DNA of 64,000 nt from contig CP110439.1 of assembly GCA_026914245.1 (NCBI GenBank), forward strand, positions 434,001 to 498,000, in the 5' to 3' direction. Below are positions 24,453 to 36,500 of the stretch, one piece after another. The position numbers were made by a program, and so were the translations under genes. The stretch is from Puccinia triticina (taxonomy: Eukaryota). Every line of letters starts with the position of its first letter. The stretch's first letter is position 1. The notes below the pieces were generated by a model that was given only the letters and a program-made list of their open reading frames with translations, had not been told where the DNA came from and did no database searches.

Positions 24453-25942
24453 TCTGCTCATATTTTCTGACTGCTTAATTCTCCTTTCTTTAATTTTATC
24501 TCTTTGCTTGCCTTTTTACGTCTTCAAATTAAATTTTACTTGAGCTTCTTGTTCCCCAAATTTTTGATTTGATATCTAGCTTTCCAGACAAAACTTACAC
24601 ATGCCTTTGCTCATTTTATTTTGACACATTTCAAAGTAAGTCCAAATGTGAGGCTACCAGAACTGTTGAACAGTCTAAAATGGACTTTAATCTACCAATT
24701 GGATTCAATACTGAAAAGTTATTTGTCTCCAAACAAAAACATATTTACAGACAAACCAATCTTTTGCATCTAATCTTCAGAAGAAACTTCAAATAACCCT
24801 TTCAATCTTCCAAAAAATTGAAATGGGAATCATGAGACACTCACTCTGGTCCATCACTTGCTCTAACTTCCATTTGAAAGCAGAGGTTATATTTGCAAAT
24901 CAAATGGATGTGGTAGCTCTTACGGAGGCAGATTTGCAGCCAATGTTGTCTAAAATCCCTGCATGCCTTATTGGGGGGCATGAAAGATTTCATTTTCATG
25001 AGGTCAAACATGAGAAGGAATTATATTGTTGATAAGAAATGTGCCTTAAAACCATTACACCCAAATTCCAATTCACAGATAATAGATATGCAGAGAATTT
25101 GATTTGTGAGAGGAGGTGCCCACCCAGAGTATCTTGGCTTGATAATTCCTTCCTATGGAAAGCAAATAAATTCCTCACATTGAACGAGTCTAACTCTATC
25201 AGTCTTTATCTCCACTTGAGGGTGTGTGGATATCAAAATCTAATTTGAGTCTTACTTGCAAAAAGAGACTCCTCAAGTTCCACAATAATTTCCTCCTGGT
25301 TGCACCTGAATGTAAACTATGTTCCAAACCATATCTGAAGATGAATTGGAATATAATCTATATTACCTCAATCCTTGCAAATTTCTCTCATTGAAATTTT
25401 TGAATTCAAGAACTCACATCTTGTAAGACATGTACAAAGGGATAGGGCTTTAATTTGGATTGGTATTGTTGATGTGATCTTAAAGTGAATCAAACCAATC
25501 CAGTTGAAACAATTGTGATCATATCTAAAAATAGGTCTTTTTTTGCATCTAATAAATCATTTCTCATCACTGAACTATAATCTATTTCGTATAATATTTC
25601 TGCATATGCTGTAGGTTTGGGGCTGAAGATAGTGTTGCAATGAACATTGGGAAAGTCCAAAATATACACATAACATTATTCCCAACTGTTCTTGCAATAC
25701 AAGTTTTCCATGATAAGTAGGATATGACATCCGTTTGACGTTGACAACACATGAGGATGATGAATGATTTATATATCAACCCAAGTTACACATAACATCA
25801 TACTGAGAACCAAATGCCTTACAACCAACTCCATACCTACTTCCTAGAAGTTACGGAAGGTTCACTCAAAAAAGTTACATAAAAGCACTTGCATGCAAGT
25901 GCCATGGAAACATCCCTGGTGCAGGGAACACTTGATATTTAT

Positions 25943-26495
25943 TGTCAGCTGCCAGCTAGCTCAGTAGTAGTAGCAACTGACAGACCCGCTCAAGAGAGCA
26001 GGCAAAGAAGCCCCGCGACAGGAAGTACCTGCGCGCAGCCAAGCAGCCATTGACAGAAGACCACAAGTCAGCTAAAGAACCTGTCACGGATTGTCAGATC
26101 TGCAAGTATAAGTGAGGAGAAGAACTCCTACTTGGAGTCCTTTCTCAGATTAGATTATACCAAGCCTGCTACTTTGTAGTCTTTGACACTCCTCAAACAC
26201 TTTGATTGGGGCCTTTAATCAATCTCTTTCCCTTTCTTTCTTTCAACCTTTGACCCTGCGCCTCAACCTTGCCAATACAAGGTAAGCTTGAGTCTCAGGT
26301 TTGCTTTCCCTTTCTATCCAACTCGTAGGAGTGCCTCTAGCCTCTGGTTGACCGGAGTTGACAGCCCCTCCCATAGGAGGTGTGATTTTATCATCCTGCA
26401 TAGGTGGTCAAGTAGAGCTCCGACTAGCATGTTGTGATAGCTAGAATCACCTTAGTTTATTCAGAGGATCTTCACTTGAGAGACACACCCTGACA
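25943..26495 (+). mobile_element. Solo LTR (553 bp)
   Basis: TGTCAG...CTGACA termini; 5-bp TSD TTTAT on both sides; internal TATAA. Confidence 0.88.
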
Positions 26496-27045
26496 TTTAT
26501 GATGGCTATAGACTGATGGGGATATGTATGCTCATATCTGTCATGGGCCTTAGGGGGGCTCCAGTATGTATCTATCTTGTCACGGACTGCATACTAATGG
26601 TTTGAGAGGCTGAGATCCAGACAGCTTCCTTGCCCAACAAGGTAAAATTGTTGGTAGAATTTATCTTGTGGCCTAAAATAAGTGAATATATATATTAAAT
26701 AATAAAATTTGATATCTCACATTTTGTATACCACAACACCAAGATCAATGTAGCAAGTGTGGGCCTGTGGCACCATCAACCCCAAAACACCCAGCACAAG
26801 ACCCTAACAAAATGGGATTCTCTGCTTTCAATGGCCAACCATCCAACACCAAGAAGGACCATATGATGTGGGAGGGCCTCTGCTTCTGATATGGAGCCCA
26901 AGGTCATTAAGCCCAAGAGTGCCCAACAAAGCGGTGCGGGTGAACCAACCAGGATTGACACAATCAAGGAGAAAATCTGACAACTTGAGGATTGATTGGC
27001 AGCGGAGAACAGAGGAGGAACAGCGGACAAAGTTCAAAAGGGAAG

Positions 27046-28122
27046 CACTACAAGAAAAACTCTAGAAACTGCTTGCAGTTGAGATGCAGCAAGCTTCAAC
27101 CAAGCTTCAGCTCAAGCTGGAGTCAAGCACACAAATTCTGTGCTGGTGCACCTTGAGTGTGTACCTTGTTCAGCATCTCAATGTTGAACATGCTGTAGTG
27201 CTCATGTAGTAGGCTGAGGCAAATGAGCACCCCTGAGCACCCTTTTATTTAATTTTATTAAACAATCCATGCACCATTGGAAGACTTCCCGTAGGATCTA
27301 CGCCCCCCGTACAGACTAAAATTTCACAGATCTAAACCTTACTTGCTGGTGAAAAGTGATTGAGATCAAGTTCTCACCAGCCAGTAAGGTTTAACCTGGC
27401 CTGACAGATCTGAATTTTTAGCCCACAGGAAGTCATCCATTGAATCCAGCCAGAATAGCATAAACAGGGTATGTACACATGAAAGGGATATGTACAGATG
27501 AAAGAAATATGTACACATGAAAGGGGAATGTGAGGAGGTGTATTAACACATAAAAGGGATATGTACACATGATGAAAGGGGTATGTGTGCATGAAAGGGG
27601 TATTTATGTATGAAAGGGGTATGTGCAGTAAGGGGTTTTTGCACACATGAAAGGGGTATGTACAACTGAATGATAAAAGGGAATTGAAAGGGATCTAAAA
27701 AACTCAAAGGGGACATGTAAACATGAAAGGGTCATGAACACATGATGAAAGGGGTATGTACACATTTTGAAAGGGATACATGCACATCAAAGGGATATAC
27801 ACACATGAAAGGGGTATGTGTACATAAAGGGCTATGTACACATTATGAATGGGGTGAATGCATACAAAAGGGATATATGCACATGAAAGGGGTATGTGCA
27901 CATGAAAGGGGTATGTGCACATGAAAGGGGAATTTGAACCTGAAAGAGGGATTTGCACAGGTATCAACTCCTGTACTTAGTTTTTTGTACCTTAGACTCA
28001 CTCTTGCATAAATTAGACAATGTGCATGGAATCAACCAGTGCTTGATTCTTGCATGAGGCACAGCTTGCCTTGAGATCTTGCATCTCAACTGCAAGCAGT
28101 TTCTAGAGTTTTTCTTGCAGTG
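27046..28122. mobile_element. Non-autonomous CACTA element with an internal ~21-bp minisatellite
   Basis: ~43-bp TIRs CACTACAAGAAAAACTCTAGAAACTGC.. / ..GTTTTTCTTGCAGTG; 3-bp TSD AAG; ACACATGAAAGGGGTATGT-type tandem array at ~27465-27960. Confidence 0.92.
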
Positions 28123-28314
28123 AAGGGTGGACTTGTGGAGTCTTCAAAAAAATGGAGGCAGTCAGGAATGAAGGCTGTGCCTTTCCTGAGTGCAGTGGAG
28201 TTGTCTGGCCAGAAGATTTCCAATTTTGTGCGTTCAAAAATCCCTGGAATACCACTTCAGAGGAAGTGGATGGGACCAGTAATTATGAGTGGTAGTGGGA
28301 CAAAAAAATATTTA

Positions 28315-28490
28315 TGGTGTTCAAGTTGGTTTGCATAATTTTATGCATGCATAAATCATAAAATCATAAAATCTTTTTTGCAGGGGATATGACTGTCTGA
28401 TTATGTGATACAAAATTTCCTCACCAAAATATTTTTATGATTTTATGATTTATGCATGCATAAAATTATGCAAACCAACTTTGAACACCA
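28315..28490. mobile_element. TA-flanked MITE (Tc1/mariner-type)
   Basis: ~60-bp inverted arms TGGTGTTCAAGTTGGTTTGCATAATTTTATGCATGCATAAATC.., with TA on both sides. Confidence 0.8.
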
Positions 28491-28695
28491 TAATTGAATC
28501 AAAGCTAAGATACATAGCAGGCTATGCAGGTCTGTCTACTCAGATTTTTTCAAGCCACACACTACATTTGTAAAAACATTTTGAGGTGAAAACATTTAGC
28601 TGTTTTTTATGAAAATCCCATTTCTGTAGGGCCAATAGTGTGACGAGGTAAGCCTCTCCTTCGGTCCTCGGAGACGCTTCCCTCTCGTCAACAGG

Positions 28696-28703
28696 TGACG
28701 TCA
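28696..28703. promoter_or_regulatory. Possible ATF/CREB (CRE) site upstream of TPI1
   Basis: TGACGTCA ~190 bp upstream of the ATG, in a CpG-retaining proximal region. Confidence 0.35.
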
Positions 28704-28894
28704 CTGGTTTCAGCAGGTTTCAGCCCCTTGGGGAAGCCTTGATGAGTGAAACCCTTGTGAAAGAAGATAGGATGGACTGGCTAGGGAAGTATCGGATGCA
28801 TGACATCTCCCGTGTGTACTCCGACACTCGACAGTCTTCGATCGCAGCCATCAGATCTTAATTCCACCAGTTTACCAAAAATCAATCCAGCAAC

Positions 28895-30031
<1,137 letters not shown>

Positions 30032-32436
30032 GTCTTGAGTTTGAATGAACATAAACTCTCCACTACTAGAGAAAAAAAATCCCAATCAATTCAAATGTTT
30101 ATGTATACTGACCACAAGTCAATCAGATGAAAACTGGACTTGGGTACATATCTGTGTTAAAATCTTGCGTTGTGTATCTTCCGTTCTGAAGTCAACACCT
30201 TCCACCAAAAACAAGTAAGAGTGTGAGAAGTAGGCTGCGTTCAAAATCCCAAAGTTGACATCTCATAGAAGGAGCATCACATGCAAAGCTATAACTTCCA
30301 AGCCTTCCTGCGGCATTTACACCAACCATGCACGTGCATAGTTCACAGATCAACTCCTGATAAGGTTTTGGGGTTGAATAGATTGAGGCATATTGTAAGG
30401 ACTTGAGATGTCCTTCACTGAGAATGTCGAAGATGTGGCACAGGGAACGGGCTGGAGAGCCTAGAGTGGTTCTAGGACCAAACACAGGGGGGTTTGATTA
30501 CTGGCTCAGAGAGAAAGGGACTCATTTCTCTCTGACAAGCATGAGAGAGAGAAGAAAGACAAGAGAAAAAAAGTGAAAGGGCTTACCTGGCTCGGAGAGA
30601 AAGGGAATCAGTTCTCTGCTGAGCCAGGGAAGAAAGGAGGCTGAACTAAGTATGAGGCAGTGACAGGGCTGGTGTAAGCGGGTGACAGGACTTGCAAAAC
30701 CCCACAAGGGGTGGGGGTCTACACATATACAGGAGTATGAAATGCCCAAGATGTTGGAGGACTTCTTGTCAATCTGCAGCCCCCTGCATAACCAGATCTG
30801 CAGCCAGAAACCCTTAATTTTTGTGGGGACATGCTGTCCCAGGGGCTGCAGATCTGTTTCTGCAGGATCTGTAGATCTCAATAAGTCCTCCATTAGCTGA
30901 GCAAAAGAAATTTGACATTTGAATACCTGCTCCAATAACAATATTTTCAAGTTAGCAGACACAAATATCTGGTTGTGCAATCAGCCAACTTGAAAGTTGA
31001 CTTTGGCAGCTCACCCTTTTGGGCCAGAAGTTGAGATATAAACATTCCTTGTTGAACCTTGAACTTGTGGAAGTCCCTCTTCTGCGGGGCGGGGGGGGGG
31101 GGGAGGGGCGGGTAGCCCTGGTTGCGGAACAACCTCTCCAAAGGAGGGACTTGAGTCTAAAACCAACTTACAACCATTTCACGGTTGGCCAGTTTTGCTG
31201 TAGCCAAGTTTTGGACGGCTGTACCTCCTGTACATCCATCTCCCCAGAGGTAAAAATTTGGGTCGGAGATAAAGGAGGATGGTGCGGACCTCCTCATCCA
31301 CTTTTCAAAAGAAAATATTAAAAATTGGACCAGCAGGAATTTTTGTAAGATCACAAAAATCCAAAAATCTGACTCTTCATGATTGAACTGAAGTTGCTTC
31401 TTAGCTTCTCAATCAGCATCCCTCCATAATTTTTCTATTTACTATCCTGGGATGGCTGTCTTGTTACATGAGGAATGGTTTGGTTTGAAGAAAAAAAAAT
31501 AAAGTCATGTTGGACTAAAATTGGCTTGTAAAAAATCCTACACATACAATTTTTGAAAAATTCAAAATCCTTCTTGATGATCTTGGGCACACCCTGCTCA
31601 ACATTGTTATCCACTGGGTGGTTGTGTATATTTTATATTATTTTTACAAAAAAAAAGGGCTTCAGAAGCCCAACCGTGACACACGATCATGCACATTTTA
31701 GTCACAAGCCTCTCCCACAATTTGTGCATTTGACCGAGATGCTGTACAAGCTTGGTTCAAACTTAACCCACAAACCTCTGTGCAACAACAACAAAAAATG
31801 CAGGCCACTGCGTGAGAAGCCTTTGGCCCTCACTGGATCTGCAATGGGGAGACATATTCTACCGCTTGACAGGAGCTCTATTTATAACATTTTACAACAC
31901 TTTTGTCCTCCCGGTTTTGTTGCCATTGTTTTGTCCTTGCTTTGTGTCATTCTTTTGTTCTTTGGTGCTTGCTTGACATTTGTGAATGCACATTAACACA
32001 ATTTACTTTCAATCAACTTTGGATTTGGTTGCCTATTAAGTATATTCAACATCTCATGTGGATTTTTTGCTATCCGGCTCTGGTTGCACTTGATGGAAGA
32101 AGCACCAGTCAACTTTCCTGTCCTTGAGGTCTGGAAGCATCAAATTTTTATCTACTGCATTGGACATAGATGCAGTCAAATTCAATAGGACAAGTTTGTC
32201 AGCCCATTGAACAGCAAACAAGGCTTAGCAACTTCTGTTCCCTTTTTGGTTAAATTCAGCAGAATTGAGTCAACTAATTATGTATGCGCAAACATGTTGA
32301 CAAAATGTTGCTGACTGGTTTATTGTTTTCAGCTCCTGAAGCCCAAGTGACTTTGCCCCAGGAACTTACGAATCCACCAGCAACTCCAGCTCAAATAGCA
32401 CCTTGTCCTCCAACTGCGCCAGCTCCCACCCTGACA

Positions 32437-32854
32437 CAGAGATGCAATACGGGTACCCGGTACCCGCCGGCGGGTACTCATCAGGTCGGCGGGTACCCGT
32501 GTCGCGGGTGCCAAGTGCGGGTCCGGGTGTGGGTTTTTCTTGGGTTTTTTTGGCAGTACCCGGGTACATCCACAGGTACCCGCCGTACCGTCGCGCCGCA
32601 GGCAAACAGACCCCGCTGGCGCTCCGGGGGGAGCACGCCGGCTCGCTGGTCATGCTCTTGGCGCCGCAGTTGTCGCGGGAATGGTTGGCTCACTGATCAG
32701 CGGGTACTGGCGGGTACCCGCGGAAAATACCCGGGTCCCCGCCCCTGGCCACCCAGGCGTGTCCGGGTCCGGGTCTGGGTGTCTGTTTTGAGTGAAAAAA
32801 ACAGGCGGTACCCGGACCCGCCGCGGGTACCCTGGTATACTTGTTGCATCTCTA
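32437..32854. mobile_element. hAT-type MITE (418 bp), GGTACC/ACCCG-rich
   Basis: TIRs CAGAGATGCAA / TTGCATCTCTA; perfect 8-bp TSD CCCTGACA. Confidence 0.92.
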
Positions 32855-33544
32855 CCCTGACACCAACAACAACAGCTTCAATAAGTCAGCCTCTGTTTGG
32901 GGCGCTGCTGTGCCATCAATGGCTGTTTTTGCCATTGGCTCATTGTTGGCTGTGATTTGTTGATGTCCCACTCAACCTGAGTGTGGAGCTATGAGTACAA
33001 CACATTTGATTTCTCATTTGTCCCACCCGCTCTTTCCTTTTTTTTTAACCTTTCTTGTGTGACACTCCCTTTCCAAAATAATTGTCTTATGTCCCCCTAT
33101 CACAAAGCCATGCCTGTGTCAAGATAATTTCATGATATGAGAACATCAAATATTCATTCAATTGCATTAATCATGAGTTCTTCCATCCTAGAAATCCATG
33201 TGAGCTAAAAAGTGTGTTTGACGCGCTAGCAAATTTGCTTTTTGTTTTCCATAGTTTGGCTACTCACCAAGGAGGTAAGCAGAAAACAAGTCAAAAAAAC
33301 TGAATCAAGGCTGAGGAGGAGAATGAAACATTGAAGTCAGTCATAAAAAATTTAAATAAAGATCATGGAATCAAATTGACAACAACTTCAGGACTGAAAT
33401 ACAGTGTAAAGCTCAAAGGTGTTCCTGAGAACCTTTTGCTGAGTGTGGAAAGGGATATATGAGGAAACCTCTGAATTTCCTGTGTCACTAGACACTAAAA
33501 CAATCCCCCCAATCTTAGATTGAAAGGGTTAATGTAGTGATAGT

Positions 33545-36500
33545 TGTTGAGGCTAAAAACCCTACCCTTTACATTGCTCCTCCCCGACCTCCTCTTGTCT
33601 CCTGATACTCCAAATGTGGAGTTTGTCCACCCCACACTACAACACCCCCCCTCAAACTCCACACCTCTAAATACAATTAGACTGAAAAAATGGAAAAATG
33701 AAGGTTAAAAATATAGGTGTGATGAAAGCGGAATTAAGAAATGATAAAAACATTGAGAAACTGTATCATCGGAAAATCTTCTTCATGGAAATGGAATGGA
33801 GAGTTGTCTTGAGAGGTTTGGTGAAGAAATCGGCGATGTTGTCAGAAGTCGATACCCATTTGAGCTTGATGTTGTGTTCGCGTACCGCATCGTTAACAAA
33901 AAAGAAGTTCCTTTCTAAACTTTTCATTTGTCCTTTCGAGGCATTGTCGTCGGATACCAGAACCGCCGCCCGATTGTCGCATTTGAGAATCAAGTTTGGA
34001 TTGATGTCAAGAGATTGTAAAATCGGTATGAGGAAAAGAAGGAAGTCCATTGATGATCCAATCGAAATGAATTCCGCAGTGCATGTCGAAGTCGCCACGA
34101 CCTTCTGTCGTCGAGAACCCCACGCAATGGGGCTGCCGAGAAATGTGATTATGAAACCTGATGTCGAGCGCTGGTATTCGCCTCCCCAGCTTGCATCGGA
34201 CCAAGTAATCAGATGGTCATCCGTACATTCCAATTTTAACCGTTTGTCCTTTGTCGTCGCCAAATACTGAACTAAGTGTTTGAGACCGTTCCAATGAGTT
34301 TCATCCGGATTTGCGCTGAAACGCGCCAGATAGTTTACTGAATAGCTTAAGTCCGGCCTTGATCCGAGAGCAATGTAGTTTAGGGATCCAATCAGGGATT
34401 GGTATAGAGTTGCATCAATCGGCTCCTTGTTCGATGTCGTCAAGTTGTTATCCACGAGAGGTGTGTAGGTTGGGACAATGACTGGCTGGACTAGTTCTTG
34501 AAACTTTGCGACCGTTTGATCCGTCAGGAAGGGTTGACTCAAAAAAATGGTGTTGTCTTCATAATCCAATTTGATACCGACTAGTTTATCTGGTTTGTCG
34601 TCCCATCTCACTTGTAGGTTCTTCTCCATATTGCCGCGTAACAAGCCAAGAGCTGATGGGTCATTGCTGAACACTATCCCGTCATCGACGTGAATCCAAA
34701 TGATGATGACCAAGTCGCCTTTTTTGTATCTGTAAAGGCACTCCTCGACTTCATCGCAGTCAAATCCCCACCCTTGTAACAGACCTTTAAAATGTTTCCA
34801 CCAGCATCTGCTGGCCTGACGCGTACCGTAAAGTGCTTTTTTGAGTTTCAGGACCTTACCCGCAAGATGCGGAAAAAGTTTGACCGGTGGATCGACGTAC
34901 ATTGTCTCGTCAATAGGGCTATGTACAAAAGCGCCCGTGATGTCGAATGAATTGATCCTCCATTTCTTCTTGATGGCGAGGGTAATGAGTAGTCTGAGCG
35001 TCGTAAGTGAAGCTGTGGGTGCGAATGTTGATTTTACGTCTCTGCCGAGTCGCTGTTTGAAACCTCGGACCACAAACCGGGCTTTCAGTTTCTCGATTGT
35101 ACCGTCCGATTTGCGCTTGATGTCGAAAACAAAACGAGTGCCGATGGAGTGTTTCCGTTCCTTTTCTTTGATGTCGAAAGTGTCGATTTCCACCAGCTGA
35201 TCCCATTCAGATATACACGCGGTTCGCCATCGATCACTTGCAGGACCGCGTAGGGCCTGGCGCAGATTGATCGGAATTTCTGCATCGGAAATCGCCTGGA
35301 TATTGTCGATTTGATCGTCTTGAGCATCACATGTTTCTTTTGTTTTTTCTTGGCCAAGGACAAGAGCCCTACGAATGGAAGATGCGTCAGAAGATTGTGT
35401 GGGTGTGTTAATCAGTGGTTTTCCCTGATAGTCGAAAAACTCAGCACACTCTGAGTTGACGACCTTCTTCGTCGTTGGGTTCCAAAAAAACCAGCCTCGC
35501 TCATTGTCCTGGTATCCCACCAAGTACCCCGTCCAACCCCGGAGATCCATCTTCCTGCAACGCTCCTTCGGGATGTGTACACACGCCTTGGTACCAAAGG
35601 GATGGAAACATTCTGCAGACGGTTTTCTGTCTGACCAGAGTTCGAGAGGACTTGTCTTGCATCGAGCGTTAGGAAGCCGGTTAATCAAGAAGCATGCACA
35701 CCTGTAGGCGTAAGACCACAGAGTTTCCGGCATGTGCGAATGCCTCAGAGTCGTTCGAGCAATGTCGCCTAGTGTGCGATTCAGGCATTCCGCTTCACCA
35801 TTCTGTTCGGGGGTATAAGGCGAAGTGAAGATGATTGAAGTACCGACTGATGAGAGATAGTTTTGAAAGGATTGGGTCGTGTATTCTTTTGCATTATCGC
35901 ATCGGATGTATTTAGGAGCTGATTTGAAATGAGACATGATCTTTTTTACTAATGAGATGATGATAGTCGGAACTTCGGATCGGGATTTCATGGCGAATAC
36001 GAAAGAGAATGTGGTCGCGTGGTCCCGGACCGTCAACAGGAATCTATTGCCGTGTATATCTGCGTCAAGTGGGCCGAGGACATCTGTGACCATAAGGTCC
36101 AGTCTAGATTCCATGGGAACGACTTCTGGCAGGTGGTGACGTTGTTGCTTGCTCTTACATTGTTTGCATGATTCGCATATGAACGGTGTCCAGGTTTTGA
36201 GATCGAAATCGGGGACGAAACGCTTGAGAAAATCTTTGACAATCGCGTCCGAGACATGTCCCAGGCGACAGTGCCAATCAAAAGAAGGTGAAGAAGAAAT
36301 AGAAGTCAAAATATTTCTGACGAGAGCGGAACGAGGATGAAATGAATCGGGAAAAACAAGCCAAGATCGGTTGCGGTATTGAGCCGTGAAAGTCAAAAAA
36401 GGCGACGCCAAGAGAATGTCGTTATTTGGGAGGAAAGTCGGCTTAAAACCCGAATCGATGAGTTGGCCAAGGCTAAGAAGAGTGCCTGTCATTTCCGGGC

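Noticed and set aside
30200..32400. Short ORFs and an LTR-like fragment downstream of TPI1
   Set aside because: No recognisable domains and no matching TSD.
32284..32955. 223-aa ORF
   Set aside because: Runs through a GC-rich MITE and gives a low-complexity translation.
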